DNA of 64,000 nucleotides from Alphaproteobacteria bacterium (GTDB lineage Bacteria; Pseudomonadota; Alphaproteobacteria; JAAXGF01): NCBI GenBank assembly GCA_963555825.3, contig CAUVXB020000001.1, positions 320,001 to 384,000 of the forward strand, read 5' to 3'. Shown piece by piece: positions 52,612 to 62,756 of this stretch (position 1 is its first letter; each line of letters starts with the position of its first letter). The notes under the pieces were generated by a model. It saw only the letters and a program-made list of their open reading frames with translations, ran no database searches and was not told where the DNA came from. The position numbers and the translations under genes were made by a program.

Positions 52612-55181
52612 TGAGAACGGCAGAGCAATAATCCCCCACTGAAGCGGCCGGTCGATCCGGCTGCGGCGGACCAAAATGGGACCGCGTATAGCCTTCTGTC
52701 AGGGTTGCTCTGACTGGAAGGCGGGGGGGATGTATCGGGTGGAGTTGTACGCACGGGTTCGGCGGGCGTGTCATGTCGAGGGGATGAGCACCCGCGAGGC
52801 CTCGCGGGTGTTTGGTGTAGACCGCAAGACGGTCCGTAAGATGCTGTCGTTCTCGGTGCCGCCAGGGTATCGCCGAAGCGCGCCGCCGAGGCGGCCAAAG
52901 CTGGGTCCGTTCACGGGAATCATCGATCGGATCTTGGAAGACGATCGGACCAGCCACCGCAAGCAACGGCACACTGCGAAGCGCATCTTCGACCGCCTCC
53001 GGGACGAGTACGGTTTCACGGGCGGCTACACCATCGTGAAGGACTACGTTCGTGAGCAGGGGCTTCGGTCGCGTGAGGTGTTCGTGCCACTCTCCCATTC
53101 CCCCGGTCACGCCCAGGCGGACTTCGGCGAAGCGATGGCGGTGATCGGCGGCGCGTTACGGAAGATCCACTTCCTTGCCTTCGACCTTCCCCACAGTGAT
53201 GGTTGCTTTGTTGCGGCCTATCCGGCGGAGACGACCGAAGCATTCTGCGATGGCCACAACGCGGCGTTTGCCTTCTTCGGCGGCGTCCCCCGATCCATCC
53301 TGTACGACAACACCAAGCTGGCGGTTGCCCGGATCCTGGGCGATGGGAAGCGGCAGCGAACGCGCGTCTTCACGGAGCTTCAGTCCCACTATCTGTTCGA
53401 GGACAGGTTCGGCCGGCCGGGCAAGGGCAACGACAAGGGCAAGGTCGAGGGACTGGTCGGCTTCATCCGGCGGAACTTCCTGGTCCCCGTCCCGCGTGCC
53501 GAGAGCTTCGCGGCCCTCAACGATGCTCTCGCCGAACAGTGCCGCCGGCGCCAGGCGGCGCGGCTGCGGGGCCACAAGGAGACCATCGGCGAGCGTCTCG
53601 AGCGGGATCGTCAAGTTCTCTTGCCATTGCCGCCTGCTCCCTATGATGCCTGCGATAAGCGCCCTGGACGGGCGAGTTCGCTGTCGCTGGTGCGTTACCG
53701 CAGCAACGACTATTCCGTGCCCGTGGCCTACGGCCACCGTGAGGTGCTCATCCGGGGCTACGTCGATGAGGTGGTGATCAGCTGCGGGGCCGAGGTGATC
53801 GCCCGGCACCGCCGGTCCTACGACAGCGAGGACCTGATCTTCGACCCGCTGCATTACCTGCCCTTGATCGAGCAGAAGATCGGCGCCCTCGACCAGGCCG
53901 CGCCATTGGCGGGCTGGGACCTGCCCGAGGCCTTCATCACTCTGCGGCGGCTCCTCGAAGCTCGTATGGGCAAGGCAGGCAAGCGCGAGTACGTCCAGGT
54001 GCTCCGTCTACTGGAGACCTTCCGGCTCGAGGAGGTCGAGGGTGCGGTCGGCGACGCCCTGCGGCTCGGCGCAATCGGCTTTGATGCGGTGAAGCACCTG
54101 GTACTGTGCCGCATCGAGCGGCGGCCGCCCAGGCTCAACCTCGACGTCTATCCGTATCTGCCGCGCGCCCGGGTCGCGATGACGTCCGCCAAGTCGTACA
54201 TGAGCCTGCTGTCGGGGCTCGGCGCATGACCGACACACCGCAAGTGCTGCTCGCCCACCACCTCAAGACGCTGAAGCTGCCGACCTTCCTGCGCGAGTAC
54301 GACAAGATCGCCCGGCAGTGCGCCTCGGAAGGCGTCGATCACGTCCGCTACCTGTTGAGACTCGCCGAGCTCGAGCTGATCGACCGCGAGCGCCGCATGG
54401 TCGAGCGGCGCATCAAGGCGGCGCGCTTCCCCGTGGTCAAGAGCCTCGACAGCTTCGACTTCAAGGTCATCCCCTCGCTCAACAAGGCGCTGGTCCTGGA
54501 GCTGGCCCGCTGCGAGTACATCGAGCGCCGCGAGAACCTCATCGCGCTCGGCAACAGTGGGACCGGCAAGACCCACATCGCCCTCGGTCTCGGCCTGGCG
54601 GCCTGCCAGAAGGGCCTCTCGGTCGGCTTCATCACCGCCGCCGCGCTGGTCCACGAACTCATCGAGGCCCGCGATGACAAGCAGCTGCTGAGGTTCCAGA
54701 AGAAGCTCGCCACCTACAAGCTTCTGATCGTCGACGAACTCGGCTTCGTGCCGCTGTCGAAGACCGGCGCCGAGCTGTTGTTCGAGGTGTTCAGCCAACG
54801 CTACGAGCGGGGCTCGACCCTGGTCACCACCAATCTGCCCTTCGACGAATGGACCGAGGTGTTCGGCTCCGAGCGCCTCACCGGCGCGCTCCTCGATCGC
54901 CTCACCCACCACGTCAACATCCTCGAGATGAACGGTGACAGCTACAGGCTCAACCAGAGCCGCAGGCGTCAAACCCCGACTGCTAACTGAACCGACCACC
55001 CAGCCCACGCTTGACCCCGTGGGCCCACAGGTCCCTCCCGCGCGCGCCGCCGCGTCAGCCTGTTGAGGGCACGCCGCGTCGCGCGCGGGGCCCTCCCGTG
55101 GACTACGGGGACAAGCCCGCAGCCGCCAAGCGGTCCCTTCTTACACCGCCGAGGTGGTCCCTTTTTGCTCCGCCATTGACA
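52612..55181 (+). mobile_element. IS21-family element, copy 2 (no TSD)
   Basis: 2570 bp, same translations as copy 1; flanks AGTGGG / CCCGAC differ. Confidence 0.95.
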
Positions 55182-55345
55182 CCCGACACGCCATTGGGCT
55201 ATTTGCCCCCCCGCCACGCGCGTGCGAAGGCAGCAAATGTGGGCCTCGCCCTTCACAGGGATAGGCTCTCAGAGCGTAACCGCATCTAGTGTCAGGTAAA
55301 TTTCTCATGGATATTACTATCGGGAAGCGGCCCAGAAAAATTTAG

Positions 55346-56065
55346 GGGGCTGTCCTAGCTAAGCGGCATGCTTAGGCTAGGATGGCGGGATGTACGAGAG
55401 GAAAAGCCGGCTCAGTGATTGGAAGCGCGGTCGTCTGATTGAGCACTTCGTTGCGGGTACGACGGCTCGGGCAGCAGCCGAACTGGTTGGCGTCCACCGG
55501 AACACGGCGGCCTCGTTTTATACTCGGCTTCGCAAGGTGATTGCCGAGGAAATGGAGAAGGCCTCGCCTTTTGCCGGAGAGATCGAGGTTGATGAGAGTT
55601 ATTTTGGCGGCCGCCGCAAAGGCAAGCGGGGTCGAGGCGCTGGCGGAAAAGTCCCGGTTTTCGGGCTTTTGAAGCGAGGTGGGAAGGTCTACACGGCGAT
55701 GATTCCCAATGCCCGGACTGCCACGTTGATGCCGATTATGGAGCGTATGATCCGGCCTGACAGCATCGTCTATACGGACGGCTTTTCGAGCTATGATGCC
55801 CTGGACGTTTCGGACTTCCACCATGTTCGGATCAATCACTCGGAGCGGTTCGTCGACGAGCGGAGCCATATCAACGGGATCGAGAACTTCTGGAACCAGG
55901 CGAAGCGGCATTTACGGCGCTTCAATGGCGTCCCGAAACAGAGCTTTCACCTGTTCCTCAAGGAGTGCGAATGGCGGTTCAACGGAGGTGACCACCGAGA
56001 ACTGCTTAACCAATTGAAGACATGGATTATTTTGAGACAGAAACGCCCTTAGCTAGGACAGCCCG
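55346..56065 (+). mobile_element. IS1595-family element, copy 2 (transposase 55390-56052)
   Basis: 720 bp; perfect 8-bp TSD AAATTTAG. Confidence 0.93.
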
Positions 56066-56189
56066 AAATTTAGCGTCTCTCCACGAGTTGAAAGTGGCGA
56101 CTATGACGCGAGGCACATGGTAAGCGCATAACATGCCATATGGATAGTTTGCGTCTTGCTCATCGTGACAGATAGCCTTCGCTTATACC

Positions 56190-56398
56190 GGGCACGCGAA
56201 CCGTCTCGTGGCAGATGTCAATGCCGCGCTCATGGAGCAGGTCCTCGACTTGCCGCAATGATAGGGGGAAACGGACATACATCATTACGGCAATGCGGAT
56301 AACCGGGGTGAAGTCTTGAAGTATCTGAACGGATTTCTCATCCACAGACGCTACGAAATGCGCCTCACCGCCTCAAGCAATTTTGCTCTGACATCGCC
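56190..56398 (-). mobile_element. IS6-family left-end fragment
   Basis: TIR GGCGATGTCAGAGCAAA; MRNPFRYFKTSP / VMMYVRFPLSLRQVEDLLHERGIDICHETVR, frameshifted and truncated. Confidence 0.8.
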
Positions 56399-57846
56399 AT
56401 TCCGTCCGTTACGAGGTTTTCAGGAGGGACAACCGGCGGAATTCGATCCAGCCGTCAACCCTTCTTTGTAAGCCCCAAGACAATACGGTGCGGCAGTGCG
56501 AGCGTGGCTGGAAAATGGCTACGATCGAGAGCCGTCCCTCTGTTGTACGGGATGCTTACGTTACACTGGCCGATGCGGGTTTGAGCCGTGGCGAACAGAA
56601 CGTCCACGGTTTGCGTGAACTCCTAAACGATGATGCGCTCGCGCCGTTTCGCCGGGAGATCGCTTTTCGGTTTCTGAGCGCCTACCCGAATGCTTCGCCG
56701 TACCGCTTGCAGGAACTGCTGGAAAGCGCTTCCGGGATTGTGGACGCGCGAGGGGAACTGATTTCAATCGCACGCGATATTCTCCACGGTACGATTCCTA
56801 TTGACGAGGGCAATCACGACCAATGGTTGATAACCGCTTATTTTGCCTCGCCACAGGAATTTCAGGACTCTGTTGCATCGCGAGCAGCGGCAGGGCCGGA
56901 GATCGTGTGGTTGATGCGCGACATGACGGGCTACAGAAGAAGCGAGTCGGAACAGGCGCCGGCCTTGAGCATCGGGCAGCTTGAATTTGGTGCGGGCATT
57001 GCTGCTCAGCATTTTCCGAACGCTTCACATCCAAGCGGCGGTTGGTCGGGTGACCGCAATGCATGGGACGATGCTGAATTTGTCGGCAACCTAGTCAACC
57101 AGATTTCCGCCGATCCAACGGAGGCAGCAACATCGGCGCTGTCACGTCTCGAATCCGACAACCGACTCGCCACCTATCGCGACCAAATCAAACACGCGCT
57201 TGCCAGCCAGCAGACGCGGCGGCGAGAATCAGAATTTTTGCATCCAAACTGGGAGCAGACCGTCGCGGCGCTTTCAAACGGCGCACCCGCGAATGTGGCC
57301 GATCTGCATGCGATTTTGATGGTCAACCTCAAGGACAACAGGACGCGTATCGCTTCCGCGAATAACGACATCTACAAACGCTTTTGGAATGAAGACAGCT
57401 ACGGCAGAGTCGAAAATCCAAAATCCGAAGAAAGCTGCTGCAACGTGTTGATCGATTTTCTACGGGCGAGTTTTCAGCCTCTCGGCGTTATCGTAGAACC
57501 GGAAGGCCACATGGCGGCGGACAGGCGCGCCGATATTTCCGTGTCTCTTCCCGGTCAGAAGATTCCCGTTGAACTCAAGCGCGACTATCATGCCGACGTC
57601 TGGAGTGCGGCGGAAACGCAACTTGACCGATTCTACACGCGTGATCCGGAAGCCTCTGGCTTTGGCGTCTACGGCGTTTTTTGGTTCGGTAACAAGAGGC
57701 CTCGAACGATACCCCAGGTTTCCGACGGACAACCCCCTCCGCGATCAGCTGCGGAAATGGAAAACATGCTTCGCGCGCTGATCCCGCATGACAAGCGCGC
57801 GCGAATCGCGGTCCTTGTGATCGATGTTTCTGGTGAGGTGAACTAG
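56399..57846 (+). pseudogene. 5'-truncated large protein with a C-terminal PD-(D/E)XK-like domain
   Basis: Frame open back to the IS6 junction; EPEGHMAADRRADI...IPVELK...QL..FY...GVYGVFWFG; lower GC. Confidence 0.6.
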
Positions 57847-58039
57847 GACGGAAGTGTGGGTTTCGGCACAATCGCAATTCATAGATGTATTTCTCACCGC
57901 GCAAGTTGTACCAACGGCCTGTCTGCATCCGTCAATAGTTCTCGGACATTCGCCTTTGATGGACAGTGTCACGCATTCGGGCAACAGGCGGCGTCCGAGG
58001 ACCCTTAAGATACTGACGTACGATTGAGCGCGGCGCTGG

Positions 58040-58068
58040 TTGACAGGCTATCGGGCCGGGCGGATAGT
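58040..58068 (+). promoter_or_regulatory. Sigma70-type promoter of argD-argF
   Basis: TTGACA-17 nt-GATAGT. Confidence 0.6.
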
Positions 58069-58137
58069 GTCCGGCTTTCGCGGCGGGCCGAGCCGCGTCA
58101 GTTGCCGTTTTGCCGATCAGATTTTGGGGGACCTGTC

Positions 58138-59325
58138 GTGATCTCTGCCGTGATGCCGACCTACGCGCGCTCCGATATCACCTTCGAGCGGGGCGAGGGG
58201 GCCTATCTCTACGCCGACGACGGCCGACGCTATCTCGATTTCTCGTCGGGCATCGCGGTGACCGCACTGGGCCATAGCCACCCGCATCTGGTCGCCGCGC
58301 TCAAGGCGCAGGCGGAGAAGCTGTGGCACGTCGCCAACCTCTACCAGATCCCCGAGCAGGAACGCCTGGCCGAGCGTCTGGTCGCCAACAGCTTCGCCGA
58401 TACGGTATTCTTCAACAACGCGGGCGCCGAGGCGCTCGAGTGCGGCATCAAACTGGTGCGCAAGTATCAGCACGAGACCGGCCATCCCGAGCGCTACCGC
58501 ATGATTTGCTGCGAGGGCGCCTTTCACGGCCGCACGCTGGCGACCATCGCGGCGGGCGGGCAGGAGAAGCACCTGGCCGGCTTCGGTCCGCCGATGGACG
58601 GCTTCGACCACGTGCCTTTCGGCAACCTCAACGAGATGCGCGCCGCGGTCACGGCCGAGACCGCCGGCATCCTGATCGAGCCGATACAGGGCGAGAGCGG
58701 CATCCGACCCGCCGACGCCGATTACATGCGTGGCCTGCGCGTGGCCGCCGACGAGTTCGGCCTGTTGCTGTTCTTCGACGAGGTCCAGTGCGGCATGGGC
58801 CGCACCGGCAAGCTGTTTGCCCACGAATGGTCGGGCGTCACGCCCGACGTGCTGGCGACCGCCAAGGCGCTCGGCGGCGGCTTTCCGGTCGCCGCGTGCA
58901 TGGCGACCGAAAACGCGGCGCAGGGCATGGGCGTCGGCAGCCACGGCTCGACCTTCGGCGGCAATCCGCTCGCCATGGCGGTCGCCAACGCGGTCCTCGA
59001 CGTCATGCTCGCCGACGGCTTCCTCGACAACGTCGTGGCGATGGGCGGGGCGCTCGCGCGCGGCCTCGAGACCATCGTCGCCACCCACCCGGGCATCGCC
59101 GAGGAGGTCCGTGGCAGCGGCCTGCTGCGTGGCATCAAGCTTGCGAGCGACAGCCGCGAGATGGTCTCGACGCTGCGCGACAACGGGCTGTTGACCGTCG
59201 CGGCGGGGGACAACGTCATCCGCATGCTGCCGCCGCTGATCGTCGAACAGGCGCAGATCGACGAGGCGATGGCGATCATCGACCGCACTTTCGCCGACGC
59301 CGCGTCGGCCGCGGCCGCGTCATGA
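58138..59325 (+). CDS. argD: Acetylornithine aminotransferase
   Basis: [50 protein letters not shown]; upstream of argF. Confidence 0.92.
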   Translation: MISAVMPTYARSDITFERGEGAYLYADDGRRYLDFSSGIAVTALGHSHPHLVAALKAQAEKLWHVANLYQIPEQERLAERLVANSFADTVFFNNAGAEALECGIKLVRKYQHETGHPERYRMICCEGAFHGRTLATIAAGGQEKHLAGFGPPMDGFDHVPFGNLNEMRAAVTAETAGILIEPIQGESGIRPADADYMRGLRVAADEFGLLLFFDEVQCGMGRTGKLFAHEWSGVTPDVLATAKALGGGFPVAACMATENAAQGMGVGSHGSTFGGNPLAMAVANAVLDVMLADGFLDNVVAMGGALARGLETIVATHPGIAEEVRGSGLLRGIKLASDSREMVSTLRDNGLLTVAAGDNVIRMLPPLIVEQAQIDEAMAIIDRTFADAASAAAAS

Positions 59326-60233
59326 GCCCGCCGCGCCACTTCCTCGACCTCGACATGGTCGACGCGGAGGGCCTGCGCGAGATCCACGACCTCGGCATCC
59401 GCCTCAAACAGCAGTTGAAGGCGGGCGATCCGGTGCTGCCGCTGGCCGGCAAGACGCTGGCGATGATCTTCGAGGCGCCGTCGACGCGCACCCGGGTCTC
59501 GTTCGAGGTCGGCATGCGCCAGCTCGGCGGCCAGACCGTTATGCTGTCGCCGGTCGACACGCATCTCGGCCGCGGCGAGACGATCGCCGACACCGCGCGC
59601 GTGCTGTCGCGCTACGTCGACATCATCATGATCCGCACGACCGAGCATTCGAAGCTCATGGAGCTCGCCGAACACGCCAGCGTGCCGGTGATCAACGGCC
59701 TGACCGACCGCACCCATCCGTGCCAATTGATGGCCGACATCCTGACGTTCGAGGAGCACCGCGGCCCGATCTCCGGGCACACGATCAGCTGGGTCGGCGA
59801 CGGCAACAACATGGCGGTGTCGTGGACCCACGCCGCGGCGCGCTTCGGCTTCACGCTAAAGATCGCCTGTCCCGAGGCGCTCCGGTTGTCCGACGAGGTG
59901 CTCGCCTGGGCCCGCGACAACGGCGGCGAGATCATCGTCTGCGACGACATCGAGAGCGCCGTCGCGGATACCGACTGCGTCGTCGCCGACACCTGGGTGT
60001 CGATGAGCACCGAGCGCGGCGACATCAACGAGCAGATGCTCGGCCCCTACCGCGTCGACGACCGGGTCATGGCGCTCGCCAAGCCCGACGCCATCTTCAT
60101 GCACTGTCTGCCGGCCTACCGCGGCAAGGAGGTGACCGCATCGGTCATCGACGGCCCGCAGTCGGTCGTCTGGGACGAGGCCGAGAACCGCCTGCATGCC
60201 CAGAAAGGCATCCTCATGTGGTGCCTTAGCTGA
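59322..60233 (+). CDS. argF: Ornithine carbamoyltransferase
   Basis: [36 protein letters not shown]. Confidence 0.95.
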   Translation: MSPPRHFLDLDMVDAEGLREIHDLGIRLKQQLKAGDPVLPLAGKTLAMIFEAPSTRTRVSFEVGMRQLGGQTVMLSPVDTHLGRGETIADTARVLSRYVDIIMIRTTEHSKLMELAEHASVPVINGLTDRTHPCQLMADILTFEEHRGPISGHTISWVGDGNNMAVSWTHAAARFGFTLKIACPEALRLSDEVLAWARDNGGEIIVCDDIESAVADTDCVVADTWVSMSTERGDINEQMLGPYRVDDRVMALAKPDAIFMHCLPAYRGKEVTASVIDGPQSVVWDEAENRLHAQKGILMWCLS

Positions 60234-60564
60234 ACTAGAGCAAAGTCCGCGATCGGCATTGGCTGGAATCTATCAGCCCGCGCCAACCTTATTGGGACAA
60301 GAGGCGGTCCGCCGACCGTTCGGCCGGCTTTGATTCCATACGATTGGTGTGCGCGGCGATTGAGCGCAGGTCGTCAACGATGACCGGAAATCGAGTAAGG
60401 GTTCATCCTAATTGTACCGAACGACCAAGGCTGCTAAAATCGGCACGTCATGACAACGCAGGTTCTCTTCCTTGCTGCGATTTCGCGGCGAATTACCGAC
60501 CCGGTCCTCTCGAGGAACCGGGACGCCGTTCGTCGTTTCATCGCTGCAAAGGAGCCTGCGACCA

Positions 60565-60843
60565 ATGTTATCTGACCAATCCGCCACATCCTGTTTCTCG
60601 GTCTACGCGCCGTCGGACCCGGCGATGCTGCCGCGCGTCCTTGGCGTCTTCGCGCGCCAGGACGTCGTGCCCAGCCGCGTCGTCGCGGCGCCGAGCGAGC
60701 GCCACCCTGGCGAACTCAGCATCGACCTCCAGGTCGAGGGCATGGGCATCGCCAAGCGCGAGTACATCGCCGCGCGTCTGCGCAATCTGGTCGACGTCAC
60801 GCTGGTGCTGACCTCGGAGAAGGCGCACTACCGGGCCGCCTGA
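60565..60843 (+). CDS. Small ACT-like domain protein
   Basis: AAGGAG RBS; FSVYAPSDPAMLPRVLGVFA...LSIDLQV...LRNLVDV; 92 aa. Confidence 0.7.
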   Translation: MLSDQSATSCFSVYAPSDPAMLPRVLGVFARQDVVPSRVVAAPSERHPGELSIDLQVEGMGIAKREYIAARLRNLVDVTLVLTSEKAHYRAA

Positions 60844-61017
60844 GGCGCGCCGCCGCCGGTCGCGTCGCGGCGTCGCGCCGGACGCGCGCCGGTAGTGTCT
60901 CAGTTTGAAATTCAGCCGAAACAACGCCCGGAACGTCGGCTTTTTCAGCGGATCATGTCTGCGCTGGGCGCGACAGCGGACCTTGGCGCGTGGTCATCGG
61001 CGCAGCCGCTTTTGACC

Positions 61018-61178
61018 GATACTGTTGATAAAGTCAGGGAAAAGCGGATTCGAGACGAAATTGGCTATCATCGTCGAATTCATAAATTTCTAAGTCATTG
61101 ATTTTCTTGAAACCGCATATTTGTTGGCTCCTACAAAATCACGATTTCCGCCTCTCAAAATAGCTTATCAACAGTATC
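61018..61178. mobile_element. 161-bp MITE with GACC target duplication
   Basis: TIR GATACTGTTGATAA / TTATCAACAGTATC; GACC at 61014-61017 and 61179-61182; IHF consensus TAAGTCATTGATT at 61091-61103. Confidence 0.82.
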
Positions 61179-61214
61179 GACCCTTAGCCGACCAAGAAGC
61201 TTTTGCGGAGCAGC

Positions 61215-61760
61215 TCAATCTGTAATTGGACCGCTGCCGACGCGGGGATGGGGTCGTCCGCCGTCCGCAACTGCCATGCACAGTACGATTTCGTCGGGAC
61301 GAGGCGCATCGGCGACCATGACGGTCACGGTGTCGAAATGGTCGAACGACCAAGCTTCATCTTTGTGCCCGAGCGGTAGGTCGATAGGAACGCCGGCGGC
61401 CGCAACCTTTGCATTCGAGGGAATCAATGACTTGCCGCCACCGACTGCTGTACGCATGGGTTTGCCAAGTTTCGGGTGGATCATCGCTCCCCCGTGCTCC
61501 AAATCGCCGGCAATTCCGACGATGGCTGCCTTGCCGTAGCTGACTGGCGGGCCAACAAGCATTCCTACGGCGTCGCCCATTAGTCGCTCGCCAAGTTGGC
61601 CGCCGATGTCGAATAGAGGCGATAAATCCTCGACGAAGCGCCCGGCGAAAGGATTTCGGATCACGGCAACAGCAACGACCCGAGTTATTGGATTGCAGGC
61701 CTCGCCAACGGCGTCCGCTTCTATGGTCTCCTTGATGATCACGGTCTTGCGAATGTCCAT
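61215..61760 (-). CDS. Amino acid synthesis (AA_synth/DUF1185) family protein
   Basis: AVIRNPFAGRFVEDL, SYGKAAIVG..GDLEHG, HKD...HFDT, DAPRPDEI, GGRPHPR. Confidence 0.85.
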   Translation of the reverse strand: MDIRKTVIIKETIEADAVGEACNPITRVVAVAVIRNPFAGRFVEDLSPLFDIGGQLGERLMGDAVGMLVGPPVSYGKAAIVGIAGDLEHGGAMIHPKLGKPMRTAVGGGKSLIPSNAKVAAAGVPIDLPLGHKDEAWSFDHFDTVTVMVADAPRPDEIVLCMAVADGGRPHPRVGSGPITD

Positions 61761-62156
61761 TGTAGCCGCCCCCCTGTGCCAACCTTTTACCGGCTTCGTC
61801 TAGATACTCTCGGACATGCAGGGCATCATATCGGTCCCAACGGCCCAAAGCCAACTGGACAGGCCCCCGCTTGATTGAATGGTGTGGACGGCCGCCACCA
61901 CCGGCATCGTGATTCGCGAAAATTCGGATTCTGTTCGAAGGGCTGCCAATGTCCGGGTATGGCTCCACCCGGACTCAATGGCCGCACCGGAACGATGACC
62001 GCTTTCGGGCGATTGGCCGACATGCGGCGCCGTTTCTTGCTTTTGAGCCACGTCAAATTTCAGACTGAGACACGACTCGTGCGCTGCGTCGCTTGCCAGC
62101 CGACCGGCGCTGCGCGATGATGGCGCCGCGTCGTGACCAGGCAGGGGCGTTCGTCG

Positions 62157-62756
62157 ATGAAGTTGTCGTATTCCACCGTTTCACGGTGCGTCGTCGTTGC
62201 CGCGCTGGCCGTCATGGTCGCGGCCTGCGAGGCGACCACCGTTCAGCCGCACTACCCGACGATCACCTTCAGCCACTTGGCGCCGGTCAATCTCGACGTC
62301 GCCACGGTCGAGTATGTCGATCGATACGTCCCGCCGCAGCAAGCGCCCAATGTCGATCATCTGTTCCCGGTGCCGCCGTCGACCGTCGCTGCGCGCTGGG
62401 CGCAAGACCGTCTGCTTGCGACCGGGGTGACGCGGCGCGCGCGCGTCGTTCTGGTCACCGCCTCGGTGACCGAGACGCCGCTCGCCAAGACAACGGGTCT
62501 GACCGGCACCTTCACGATCGATCAGGTGGCGCGCTACGACGCGACCGCCGAGATGCGCGTCGAGATCGTCACCGACTCAGGCGTGGTCGAGGGCCGGGCG
62601 AATGCCATCGCGACACGGTCGCGCACGGTGCCCGAGGATATCACGCTCAACCAGCGCGACCAGATTTGGTACGAGATGGCCGAGGCCCTGATGCGCGACC
62701 TGGACGGCCAGCTGACAAAGAACATCCGGCTTCATCTAGGACGCTGGGTGCGGTAG
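62157..62756 (+). CDS. Putative lipoprotein
   Basis: Signal peptide with lipobox VAAC. Confidence 0.75.
   Translation: MKLSYSTVSRCVVVAALAVMVAACEATTVQPHYPTITFSHLAPVNLDVATVEYVDRYVPPQQAPNVDHLFPVPPSTVAARWAQDRLLATGVTRRARVVLVTASVTETPLAKTTGLTGTFTIDQVARYDATAEMRVEIVTDSGVVEGRANAIATRSRTVPEDITLNQRDQIWYEMAEALMRDLDGQLTKNIRLHLGRWVR

Larger units (their letters stand above)
45744..58020. mobile_element. Genomic island 2: serine-recombinase element with defence-like cargo; right boundary approximate
   Basis: Starts immediately after the tRNA CCA; recombinase adjacent; lower-GC cargo up to the argD promoter; no right att repeat found. Confidence 0.6.
60895..62073. mobile_element. Non-autonomous TIR-bounded element carrying one passenger gene
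   Basis: TIR GTGTCTCAGTTTGAAATT / AATTTCAGACTGAGACAC (17/18); lower GC inside. Confidence 0.65.

Noticed and set aside
56401-56490. HNH-like start (RYEVFRRDN) at the front of the truncated ORF
   Set aside because: No CxxC or HNH residues follow; likely coincidence
55182-58030. Right att site for island 2
   Set aside because: No direct repeat of the tRNA 3' end found by eye; boundary rests on composition only
62647-62756. Convergent 110-nt overlap as antisense regulation
   Set aside because: More simply a drifted stop codon giving a low-complexity MFS tail
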